DNA of 63,867 nucleotides, the filler included, from an uncultured Methanosarcinales archaeon (GTDB taxonomy: Archaea > Nanobdellota > Nanobdellia > Woesearchaeales > CAYXTQ01): assembly GCA_964608065.1 (NCBI GenBank). It is 8 parts of 8 records of this genome, joined end to end, with 100 filler letters (N's around TTAATTAATTAA, not from the genome) between each part and the next. Parts side by side here need not be neighbours in the genome. Positions count along the whole stretch, not along the records: positions 35,209 to 43,672 come from CAZSMA010000064.1; positions 43,773 to 52,107 come from CAZSMA010000065.1; 6 more parts are not named here. One strand, 5' to 3'. Under the pieces are notes generated by a model that searched no databases, was not told the origin of the DNA, and worked only from the letters and a program-made list of their open reading frames with translations. A program made the translations under genes and the position numbers. Shown piece by piece: positions 40,656 through 49,883 of the stretch. Position 1 is the stretch's first letter. Every line of letters begins with the position of its first letter.

Positions 40656-40838
40656 GCCACGGTGGCACAACCTGGTAATGCGGTGGCCTTGAGCCAATTT
40701 TTGCTAGTAAGCCGCTTTCCGCAAGGATATCTCGGTTCAAAACGACTGGTTACGCTCGGTCGACACGCAAGGTGCGGCATAAAACCACACTTGCTCGCTT
40801 GTCGCTCGCAACTGGTCGTGAAAGTCCGAGCCGTGGCG
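40656..40838 (+). tRNA. tRNA-Ser(TGA) with two introns (40694-40709 and 40742-40824); CCA not encoded
   Basis: Acceptor GCCACGG/CCGTGGC plus G73; anticodon stem GTGGC/GCCGC with TGA at 40690-40692; long variable arm; T stem CTCGG/CCGAG. Confidence 0.92.
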
Positions 40839-40898
40839 TTTTATTATTCTGCAGAACCATAAATTTTTTAAATAGAAGTAGAATTTCAATTTGTTAAA

Positions 40899-41744
40899 AT
40901 GGATGGAGTAATTAGCGAAATGACAGAGGGAATGGTAAAGTTAGATGAATTAACTTTAAAGTATGGTAAAATAATCAAAAGAAAAAATATAAGACTTGAA
41001 CGTCAAGATCCTCATAAAATATGGGAAAATTTTTTGACAGACCAAAAAACTGGTAAAAGATATCAAAGAGCAGAAATAGAAGAAGAACCTACTATAAGAA
41101 TACCTGAATTTTCAGGTGTTAATAGGGAAAAAGCTACTAAGCAAAAACTTAAAACATGGTCTATAAAATTACAAGAAAGAAAAATGTTAAATAGGATTGC
41201 TAATGCAATTAACACTGAACCCCCTTATCCAACCAGTGTTTGGTTAACAGATAGTGAATTTTCTGAAGAAGCTTGTTTCTTATACAAATACTTAAATCAG
41301 GAGAGATATTCCAGAGCAAGAGCTCTCTTTTTACAATACAAAGAAAGATTTCCAAAGTCTTTTTTACGTAAGCCTTCAGCTCATACTCAACTGCTAACTC
41401 AATTAGAAGAAATTGTTTTTGGAGTATACGACGAAAAACTTATTGACTCAATTCCTGAAGAACAATTTTATGGAGAACGTCTTGAACCAAGAATCCATGT
41501 AACAATCTATGAAGGTGGTGAAGTAAAAATTGATGAATTTGAACCAACTACTTCTATAAAAGATGAAAAGTTTAAAAAAATAAAAAAAGTAGGGTCTTAT
41601 TTCAACTTAAAGAAGGGAAGAAAATCACATACACAAGATCACCAAGTCAATATTACTAGATTACCAATACAACATGGTGGTTCTGGACAACAAGTTAATC
41701 TTCCGAACCCATACAGTTCAAGAAATTTCCCAATAAAGAGATAG
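40899..41744 (+). CDS. Hypothetical protein
   Basis: 281-aa ORF preceded by a TATA-like element. Confidence 0.7.
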   Translation: MDGVISEMTEGMVKLDELTLKYGKIIKRKNIRLERQDPHKIWENFLTDQKTGKRYQRAEIEEEPTIRIPEFSGVNREKATKQKLKTWSIKLQERKMLNRIANAINTEPPYPTSVWLTDSEFSEEACFLYKYLNQERYSRARALFLQYKERFPKSFLRKPSAHTQLLTQLEEIVFGVYDEKLIDSIPEEQFYGERLEPRIHVTIYEGGEVKIDEFEPTTSIKDEKFKKIKKVGSYFNLKKGRKSHTQDHQVNITRLPIQHGGSGQQVNLPNPYSSRNFPIKR

Positions 41745-41822
41745 TCCTTATTCTCCAGCAATAAACAACATTTATATAATCTAAATTCTTACTTGTTATA
41801 TAGGGGTTGGAAGAAGAAGAAA

Positions 41823-42128
41823 ATGCTAGATTTTAAACACAAAGACCCTAAGATTTCTAGGGATACAAATATAACAAAGATAAAAGAAAAATTAGCTTTC
41901 TTAAACAATAAGGATGAAAAAACACAGGAAGAGCTGGATGATTATATCAGTTGTTTAAGTGATAATAAAACCTGCAAATATATGAAAGACTTTAAAGATG
42001 TAATTAACCTATGCAATAATCATTTGTTTGAATGCAACTTTAAATCAAAAGAAAGATTTAAGTTTGAAAACAGCTTAAAGCCTGAATGCAAAAGAGTAGA
42101 TATTCTAAGATTGAAGAGTATTTTATGA
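41823..42128 (+). CDS. Hypothetical Cys-containing protein
   Basis: ORF; likely ATG start MLDFKH. Confidence 0.65.
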   Translation: MLDFKHKDPKISRDTNITKIKEKLAFLNNKDEKTQEELDDYISCLSDNKTCKYMKDFKDVINLCNNHLFECNFKSKERFKFENSLKPECKRVDILRLKSIL

Positions 42129-43622
42129 TTATCTAACACTAACACCAGAATTCTCTTTTACTGTTTCTTTAGCATATTTCAGTTTTCTTTCGCTTTCTGC
42201 ATAAACTGTATAAACTTTTTCTCCTCTTTTGACTTTATCTCCAACATGCTTATAGAAATAGATTCCTGATTTTTTATTTGTAGGAGCTCCAGATATTCTT
42301 GCTATCTTGCTTGTATACCCATTGCTTATACTAACTATTCTGCCATTTTTAGTAGCATTTACATCAAAACTAAATTTTCCTAATCTTATTTTACTTGGAT
42401 CAGTTATTTTGCCACCCTGGGCTTTAATTATCTCAACCATCTTGTTATATGCTTTGCCTGTTTTCAAAATATCCAAAGCTTTTTGTTTTCCTTTTCCTTT
42501 AGCAGCTTTTTTGCCCATCTCTAGAATTAATCCTGCCATATACAGGCTTTTTTTTGTTAGATCTTTAGGAGCTCTTGGATCATTCTTTAATATCCACAGA
42601 ATATCTCTTGCTTCCAAAGCAGGACCTATACCATTACCTATTGGATGATCTCCTTTTGTGATAATAACTTTTATTGTTTTATTCAGTTTTTTTCCAATGT
42701 TTTCAAAACTTTTTTTTAATTTCAGGCTTTTCTCTTTTTCCTTAATTTTTGATCCAAGGCCAACAGGTATATCAATTAAGATATGAGTAGAAGAAACAGA
42801 ATGTTTTTTAGCCATGATTGAAGCCAATAACTGAGACTTAGCATCTATCCTTAATGGCTTTTCTACTCTTATTATTTGGTCATCAGCTGGAGCTAGATTT
42901 AAAGATCCACCCCAAACAATGCAGCCGTTAGTTTTCTCAACAATTTTCTTCATTTGTTTTATAGAGAAACTAACATTAGCTAAGACTTCCATTGTGTCTG
43001 CTGTTCCAGCAGGAGATGTTATGCTTCTTGAGCTTGTTTTAGGTATTGTTAAGCCAGCTGCTGCAACAATCGGAACTATAATCATTGTTGTCCTGTTTCC
43101 AGCTATACCTCCAATGCAATGTTTGTCTATTATAGGATATCTTTTTAATTTTAGGGTGTCTCCATGATGCGCCATACATTTAGTCAACCAGATTGTTTCA
43201 TCTAAATCCATCTGGTTAGAATAACATGCTGCAATAAAATAAGTCAGTTCTATATCACTAAGTTTGTTATTGACTATATCCCAGACTATCTGGTTTATTT
43301 CTTTTTTAGTCAGTTTTTTTCCATCTAATTTTTTTTTTATATAATCTAATGATAATGGTTTTTTTGCTGGAATTATTTTTACAACATCATTGTTCTTTAA
43401 ATTTAATCTTTCAATCACTTCCTCATAAATTCCAATCTTACCTTGTGAAACACTTTTTTTTGATTCAGCTATATCAACAACGCATGTTTGAATTTTGTTA
43501 TTTCTCCTTACTTTGACCCTATCTAATGCGTGTATATCTAACAGTTTAGCATCTTTTTCATTAAGAATTACTACTAAAGCTCCTCCAGTAGAAACATCCA
43601 TGTCTTTTACTTTAAGTTTCAT
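42129..43622 (-). CDS. AMP phosphorylase (archaeal thymidine phosphorylase family)
   Basis: DKHCIGGIAGNRTT, PKTSSRSITSPAGTAD, GIGPALEARD; start MKLKVK. Confidence 0.95.
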   Translation of the reverse strand: MKLKVKDMDVSTGGALVVILNEKDAKLLDIHALDRVKVRRNNKIQTCVVDIAESKKSVSQGKIGIYEEVIERLNLKNNDVVKIIPAKKPLSLDYIKKKLDGKKLTKKEINQIVWDIVNNKLSDIELTYFIAACYSNQMDLDETIWLTKCMAHHGDTLKLKRYPIIDKHCIGGIAGNRTTMIIVPIVAAAGLTIPKTSSRSITSPAGTADTMEVLANVSFSIKQMKKIVEKTNGCIVWGGSLNLAPADDQIIRVEKPLRIDAKSQLLASIMAKKHSVSSTHILIDIPVGLGSKIKEKEKSLKLKKSFENIGKKLNKTIKVIITKGDHPIGNGIGPALEARDILWILKNDPRAPKDLTKKSLYMAGLILEMGKKAAKGKGKQKALDILKTGKAYNKMVEIIKAQGGKITDPSKIRLGKFSFDVNATKNGRIVSISNGYTSKIARISGAPTNKKSGIYFYKHVGDKVKRGEKVYTVYAESERKLKYAKETVKENSGVSVR

Positions 43623-43772
43623 TTTAACAAACGCGTTTAGTGTTCTCTTTGATGTATATGTCAATAAAAGTCNNNNNNNNNNNNNNNNNNNNNNNNNNNN
43701 NNNNNNNNNNNNNNNNTTAATTAATTAANNNNNNNNNNNNNNNNNNNNNNNNNNNNNNNNNNNNNNNNNNNN

Positions 43773-43830
43773 CTGTCAAATTTATTAGAAATAGATTACA
43801 ACATACTCCACATTCAAGACATTTATTCAC
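43773..43830 (-). CDS. N-terminus of a CxxCxxCC (YkgJ-like) protein, truncated by contig end
   Basis: GTG start: MNKCLECGVCCNLFLINLT. Confidence 0.6.
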
Positions 43831-43842
43831 CTTTTCCCCCCA

Positions 43843-44109
43843 CTATCTTTTATTCAAACCGCTTTTCTTCTTGCCCCAATTCCACTTCCATTCTCCATCT
43901 GTTTTTCTTTTTGAGATTACAGTTACTGCAACAATACCTGCAAATAAATATAATAAGTATTTACCTGTATTCCCCTCTTCAGTTATTAACATACTTAGAG
44001 AAAGTATGTATAATATAAAAACAACTACTACTGCCCACCCTTCCCATGTGGTTGGAGTAGCACCATATCCAAAACCTCTTGGTTTGAACCAATATTTGTT
44101 AGATTTCAT
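43843..44109 (-). CDS. Small 2-TM membrane protein
   Basis: WFKPRGFGYGATPTTWEGW...WKWNWG. Confidence 0.8.
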   Translation of the reverse strand: MKSNKYWFKPRGFGYGATPTTWEGWAVVVVFILYILSLSMLITEEGNTGKYLLYLFAGIVAVTVISKRKTDGEWKWNWGKKKSGLNKR

Positions 44110-44116
44110 TCTTTCA

Positions 44117-45110
44117 TTACCTCCAACTTACATTAACATCATCAGTTCTTTCATAAGGTCTGATAGAACTATCTTTTGTTCTGATACCTGATTTATACTC
44201 CAACAAACCAAGATAAGCTATCATTGCTGCATTGTCTACTAAGAATTCATTTGGAGGAATAAAACACTTAAAACCATTATCTTTACACATTCTTTTAGCC
44301 ATTTCCTGAAAGCGTAAATTACAAGCAACACCTCCGCCTAAAATCAATTCTTTTTTATCACAATGATGCAAAGCTCTTTCTGCAACTTCTAAAAGCATTG
44401 CAAAAGCTGTTTCCTGCATTGAATATGCTAAATCTTCTTTTTTAAACTTTTTATCATATTTCTTTTTCAAATTAGTTAATAAACCACCAAAACTAACATC
44501 CATTCCTTTAACAACATAAGGTAATTCAATAAACTTTGAAGATTTTAAACTCAATGAATAAAGTTTAGGACCTCCTGGAAAACCTAAACCTAAATATCTA
44601 GCAAAAGCATCTAAGAAATTACCAACTCCAATATCTAATGTTTCTCCAAATATTCTATATTTTCCAGCTTCATAAGCAATAACTTGTGTGTTAGCACCTG
44701 AAGCATATAATAAAACAGGATCTTTTACAGGAAACAGCATATTACCTATTTCAAGGTGTGCAATACAATGATTAACACCTATTAAAGGTTTATTTAACAT
44801 CAAAGCTAAAGTTCTGGCAAAAAATGCTCCTATCCTTAAACAATGACCTATTCCGGGACCTTGTGAAAATGAAATTAAATCTACATCTTTTAATTTTAAT
44901 TTAGATTTATCTAATGCTTGTTTCAAAACCTTATCACAAACCTCAACATGATGCTCAGCTGCTTTAGCTGGGATTATTCCACCTGATGAAGTGATATAAC
45001 TATCTTTAACATTAGAAATTACTTTCTTATCTTTTACAATACCAACACCAAAAGTATCTCTGCCTTTAGAGTGCAGTACTTTCAATGCCGAGACATATTA
45101 AAGGTTTCAT
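44117..45110 (-). CDS. kae1: Kae1 t6A synthase (KEOPS), two exons: 45110-45071 and 45057-44117 (326 aa spliced)
   Basis: Exon 1 MKPLICLGIESTA, exon 2 (H)TFGVGIV; GPG, HCIAH, SGANT, GETLD, DNAAMIA. Confidence 0.9.
45058..45070 (-). other. 13-nt BHB-type mRNA intron in kae1 (predicted)
   Basis: Sense strand AAAGTA CTGC AC^T CTAAAG GCAG AG^A TACTTT. Confidence 0.85.
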
Positions 45111-46333
45111 CTTTCTAATTTCTTAGCCCTCTTATGTATATTTTTCGTTCTTATAGCAATATTTTCTTCATTTAATATTTTTTTTACTATTTCTGTTCCT
45201 TTTAGGCCATTCTTTATATTTTTTTCCACTTTTTCTATTAACCAAGGAGGCCATTTTCCAGATATTTTCTTAGCTTTATATAGTTTTTCCATTTGTTCAT
45301 ATCTATAGCTCTTGACAGTAGGATTAAATGTTGGTAGATTATATGCATCCTTAATACTAATCATTAAAGTCCATAATTTTGTTCTAGTAATAAGCCAAGG
45401 TTTAGCACTAATATTTAATGACTTAAGAATATTTTTTATAAGTCCTGTATTTGGTTCTGTTATGATACCAACTTTTTGACTACTAAAATCCACAAAACCA
45501 TCTGAATCTGCTAAGCCTTGAAGGAAAAAAATCTTAAACTCTCTTGGAGATTTTAAAATCCAATCTGCCCTAATCGGATTATATGTTGTTAATTCATTAT
45601 TCTTTAATCCAAGACAAACATTAAAAATCCATTGAATCAAAAGAGATGATTGAGAGATCCACGTGTAAAAAGGATAAACATTTCTTTTTCCTGCTGGGCA
45701 ATCTTTGCATCTGTTCATACGCATACTTAAGTAATTAGTGCATAGTTTTACAAATTCCCCTAACCTTTCATTTGTTTTATATCCTTTTGAAAGCCTAAGA
45801 TGGATTCTTCTTGTAACTCTTTGTTTTCTTTTTATTCCTGTTTTACTTGAATCTCCTATTAAAATACCTAATAGATAAGCAAAACATAGTTCTTTTTTAG
45901 TTTTTATTTGTTTTCCTTGTAATACCTTTAATTGTTTTATAACAGAATAAATATCATTATATGATTCTATTTTTTCAGGTACTTGAATCCATGGCTCAAT
46001 AAGTAGTCCTCCTCTAGTTGAATTTATAGAAAGCCACTTTAGATTGTTTTTTGGTTTTCCTAAGTTTAAATAATGGTCTAAAATTCTTATGATAAAGGGT
46101 TTGTTTCCTTCATATATCCAATGATCAATTTTTCTTTTTGAGATTTTTGTTAATTTTGCTATTTGTGAAGCAGAAAAACCCCGTGTCCTATGTAAAATTA
46201 CTTTTGAATATTCTTTGAAATCTTTTATATCTTTTTTATTAATAAATATTCCATAGAAATATTTTATGAAGTTTATACCCGGATGTCTTTTGAAATATTT
46301 AATTAAATTTTTATTAATTTTCATTTGAATCAT
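45107..46333 (-). mobile_element. Free-standing LAGLIDADG homing endonuclease gene inserted in the kae1 5' end
   Basis: AYLLGILIGDSS and FLQGLADSDG; N-terminal HTH; stop overlaps new kae1 start (ATGA). Confidence 0.88.
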
Positions 46334-46462
46334 CAATTTTTCTTAGGTTGAAACTATGTAAATGCTTTTCCTTTATATACCTCACGTACACTTGGCCAGT
46401 GGCCAGTGAGGTTAGAAAAAGCATAATTTAATAGTTGAAACAATATTTGAGTGATTCAAATG
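46322..46462 (-). promoter_or_regulatory. ~140-nt imperfect hairpin overlapping the endonuclease start codons
   Basis: Nested arms 46322-46332/46452-46462, 46352-46357/46431-46436, 46362-46369/46417-46424, 46379-46385/46406-46412. Confidence 0.7.
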
Positions 46463-46472
46463 TTATTAAAAT

Positions 46473-46514
46473 TTAATAAGGGTATTTTATTGATTCTATA
46501 CCCAAACAATTCAT
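46473..46514 (-). pseudogene. Orphaned original 5' end of kae1
   Basis: MNCLGIES-IKYPY*; AAAAGCA-TTTAAATA promoter about 27 nt upstream. Confidence 0.85.
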
Positions 46515-46572
46515 TTTATCAAGTAGTAAAAAACCTAAAAGTATTTAAATGCTTTTAAAACACTCAAATACA

Positions 46573-47613
46573 ATGAAGACTGTATTAGCTATAGGAGATA
46601 TGTGTGATTGGGACTCCTTCAAGAAGTTTTACAGACAGAGAAGATTATTCAGCAAACACGGATTTAAGTTTAAAAATGTTGAATATAAATCAATTTTAAG
46701 AGATGAATTTCCTTCTATAAAGACTGAAAAAATCATAATTTTCTTCTTTTTTCCATTCAACTACTGGAATAAAAAAATAGAAACAAAGCATTACAAAGGA
46801 GTTTATGGAAACAGGTATTTTTATATAAAGTTCAGAAAATTCTGGAATGAAATAACAAAAAAGCTTAATGACCATTATCATGACAAGCAGATATTTTATG
46901 TCAATCATCCGCAGCAGATAACTTTAGACAGAGACAAATATGTTACAAGCAAAATATTAGAAAAAAACAATATTTTAGTTCCAAAATATTACCGAACAAG
47001 AGACTTAAAAAAGATATTAAGATTTCTTGATGAAGGAAGGAAACTGTTCATAAAAGTAAGATATGGCTCTATGGGCAAGGGAATAACATATCTAGAGAAA
47101 AAATACTGGTTTACTAATTTTAGATTCAAGAATAACAAAATAATAAGCAAAAAATCTGATTATGGATGGAAATTCAGGAATAAGACAGGCAATAAAAAAT
47201 TCTTAAAAGCTTTGTTAAAAGAAGATATTATAATTGAGGAAGCAATCAATCCTTTATTATTAAAAGGAAGAAAATTTGATCTAAGGATGTATGTTTGTTT
47301 TGGAAAAGTTGTATATATATACCCAAGAAGCAATGATCCTATACAGCCAACAACAAATATTTCACAAGGAGCAATAGGAGAAGGAAAAGAGTTTTTAGAA
47401 AGCATTCCACCTAAAGTATTGAGAGATTCTATAAAATATGCTATAAGATCTACTAAAGCTATGAAACTGAATTTTGCAGGTGTCGATATAATGCCAAACG
47501 GCAAAGGAGTTACTGTCATAGAAGTCAATACATTTCCTGGATTTCCAAAAACAAGGAAATTCAATCTTTCTAAATACATAATAAAGGAGATAACGCAAGA
47601 AAAATGGATATAA
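46573..47613 (+). CDS. ATP-grasp ligase (RimK/YheC-like)
   Basis: DKY, FIKVRYGSMGKGI, KFDLR, TTNISQG, AGVDI, IEVNTFPG. Confidence 0.85.
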   Translation: MKTVLAIGDMCDWDSFKKFYRQRRLFSKHGFKFKNVEYKSILRDEFPSIKTEKIIIFFFFPFNYWNKKIETKHYKGVYGNRYFYIKFRKFWNEITKKLNDHYHDKQIFYVNHPQQITLDRDKYVTSKILEKNNILVPKYYRTRDLKKILRFLDEGRKLFIKVRYGSMGKGITYLEKKYWFTNFRFKNNKIISKKSDYGWKFRNKTGNKKFLKALLKEDIIIEEAINPLLLKGRKFDLRMYVCFGKVVYIYPRSNDPIQPTTNISQGAIGEGKEFLESIPPKVLRDSIKYAIRSTKAMKLNFAGVDIMPNGKGVTVIEVNTFPGFPKTRKFNLSKYIIKEITQEKWI

Positions 47614-48065
47614 GAAGAGCAACAATAGATGATTTTGAGAAAGTTTTACCAATCAAGTTAGAATCTAAAGAAGAAGAAAGAAAGTATAATCCTGGATTAG
47701 AGCCTATAAAGAAAGTGATTGAAAACTACAAAGGATATCTTAGGAATGATATTGAAAGTGAATGGAGGGCTGTTTTTATAGCAGAGGATAAAGAAGTCAT
47801 TGGAATCATAGTTGCTAAAGTTTACAGAACATTAATAGTTGCTGGCTATGAAAGAAGAGGTTATTTAACTAATCTTTATGTTAAACCAAAGTTCAGGAGA
47901 AAAGGCATAGGTAAAGAATTATTTAACACAGCAGTAGCTTGGTTAAAGAAAAAGAAAGCAAAAGGAGTTACTTTAGAGATACACAGTGCAAACAAAGACA
48001 AGGTTAATTTCTATCATAAATTTGGATTTAAAGACTTTACAATAAAGATGGTTAAGAAGATTTAG
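47604..48065 (+). CDS. GNAT acetyltransferase
   Basis: LYVKPKFRRKGIG, FYHKFGF. Confidence 0.92.
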   Translation: MDIRRATIDDFEKVLPIKLESKEEERKYNPGLEPIKKVIENYKGYLRNDIESEWRAVFIAEDKEVIGIIVAKVYRTLIVAGYERRGYLTNLYVKPKFRRKGIGKELFNTAVAWLKKKKAKGVTLEIHSANKDKVNFYHKFGFKDFTIKMVKKI

Positions 48066-49086
48066 TTTCTGGAAATACTAAGTCTATTAAAGAAGCTGCT
48101 GCGTTTCTTGGCTTTCCTATATAAGGATAATGGTGTAATGCAATTCCTGGCATGTTGTTGACTTCAATAATTTTATAATTTTTGATTATATCTTTTGTAA
48201 TGTCTTTTGTGATTATGTCAATTCCTGCATATGTAAGTCCTGGAATTGCTTCCAAAACCTTCATTGCTATCAACTTAGCAGAAGGGTGCGCATCTTCAGT
48301 AAAAGCGATACTGTCTCCTCCTGAACACATATTTGAATTGTGTCTTAGAAATATTCTCTCATTATTTTTTGGAATTGACTCTAATGTGAGTTTTTGTTTT
48401 TTTAGATTAGTTATTGTATCTTCATCAATCTTGATTTTATACCATGGATTTAAACTAAGTTTATCTCCTTTGTCTTTACGGTCTATATTTTTTTTTATTA
48501 TTAATTCATTTATGTTTGTTTTTCCATCTCCGAGAACAGATGCTGGTCTTCTCATTGTTACAGCACAATATCCATCTTTTGTTATAAAAACACGGTATTC
48601 GTTTCCTTCGTAATATCTCTCAACAATTATCCTCTTGTATTTTTTTCCAAGATTGCATGCTACATCTTTTATGTCCCTTTTCCATATCTTGCAATGGACT
48701 CCATTTCCAAAATCTGTGTTATCTGGTTTTAACACTATTTTACTATCAGTTGCTTTTGCATAATTATTTATTGCATCAATCTTAGATGATTCAAAAATTT
48801 TACCTTCTGGAACAGATAACCCCCTTTTTTTTAGGAATAGTTTTGTATCTGTTTTGCTGCACAGTATCTTCTTTGTGATTGCTGGCAAACTTGTGTTATC
48901 AGCACCATAAAAAAGTGCGATTTTATCTTTATATTTAAGCTGCACATATTTACTTAAAAGTACATTTGCTTTTATTCCCCTCTTAAGAGCTTCACTTATA
49001 ATAATGCAGGATGTTAGTCCTATACCTCTAAAATCATAATCTTTTCTATCTAGAAAATTGATTTTATAATTATTGTGTTTTTCCAT
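48052..49086 (-). CDS. ATP-grasp ligase like the GshF/cyanophycin synthetase ATP-grasp domain
   Basis: VLKP..GNGV, EYRV, RRPASVLGDG, SNMCSGGDS, IIEVNNMPG. Confidence 0.88.
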   Translation of the reverse strand: MEKHNNYKINFLDRKDYDFRGIGLTSCIIISEALKRGIKANVLLSKYVQLKYKDKIALFYGADNTSLPAITKKILCSKTDTKLFLKKRGLSVPEGKIFESSKIDAINNYAKATDSKIVLKPDNTDFGNGVHCKIWKRDIKDVACNLGKKYKRIIVERYYEGNEYRVFITKDGYCAVTMRRPASVLGDGKTNINELIIKKNIDRKDKGDKLSLNPWYKIKIDEDTITNLKKQKLTLESIPKNNERIFLRHNSNMCSGGDSIAFTEDAHPSAKLIAMKVLEAIPGLTYAGIDIITKDITKDIIKNYKIIEVNNMPGIALHHYPYIGKPRNAAASLIDLVFPETKSS

Positions 49087-49202
49087 AACAGAGTTAGTCC
49101 TTTATTGTCAGAGATACTCTAAAGGTATTAAAAGTTTTCTGTTTTTTACTACCTCCATTATATAGAAATGTTTTTATATTATGTTTTCTAAATATTTGTA
49201 TT

Positions 49203-49883
49203 ATGGTAGCAAAAGGAGTTCAGGAAAAAAGAAGATTTGTTATTCTTAACAATTATAAAAATGAAAAACATTTTAGACATCTTGAGACTGCTGTGAACGA
49301 ACAGCTTAAGAAAATAAAAGAAGAAAAACCAGACTTTAATTATGAGGTTGTTAAGTATGATAATTATGGTGAAAACAGGGATAAAATAAAAAAAGAAATA
49401 GGTAAAGGAGATACTATAATATCTGGAGGCTCTACTAATGCAGGAGAAAAAATAAAAGGTAATTATGTCAAAGTTGGGGATGAAGTGCATCATCACATAA
49501 GGGATAATCTAAAAGATAACTATTTCTTAGGAATCTGCCATGGTGCTCAGGCAATGGGTGAGGCATATGGTGGTAGGATTACAAGAACAGAGCACAGACA
49601 TATGAAACGTAGAGAGCCAACTAAAATAGAATCAGACCTGGACTTATTTAGAAGTGATGCAAAAAGTAAGTATCATGCTAATCATAGATATTATATAAAA
49701 TCTTCAGATAAAGGTAAACTCAAACCTATTGCTAAGACAGTATCAGAACATACTGGAGAAGAGTTCATTGATGCTTATAAAGTAGGAAATCATTATGGAT
49801 TGCAATTCCATCCAGAAAGGACAAAAAGGGGAGAGGACTTATTAAAGAAGTTCTTATACAAAGCAGTAGGTTATTCAAAGTAA
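49203..49883 (+). CDS. Class I glutamine amidotransferase-like protein
   Basis: ISGG, LGICHGAQ, GLQFHPE. Confidence 0.88.
   Translation: MVAKGVQEKRRFVILNNYKNEKHFRHLETAVNEQLKKIKEEKPDFNYEVVKYDNYGENRDKIKKEIGKGDTIISGGSTNAGEKIKGNYVKVGDEVHHHIRDNLKDNYFLGICHGAQAMGEAYGGRITRTEHRHMKRREPTKIESDLDLFRSDAKSKYHANHRYYIKSSDKGKLKPIAKTVSEHTGEEFIDAYKVGNHYGLQFHPERTKRGEDLLKKFLYKAVGYSK

Noticed and set aside
44117..45085. ORF-track Kae1 starting at TTG 45085 (MKVLHSKGRD)
   Set aside because: Lacks the conserved LGIEST motif, which is encoded in another frame and joined by the predicted splice
45071..46490. Whole 1.4-kb insert as one large intron joining the stump to exon 2
   Set aside because: No BHB or group I/II core seen at those junctions, and a complete duplicate head with its own ATG makes it unnecessary; not fully excluded without RNA data
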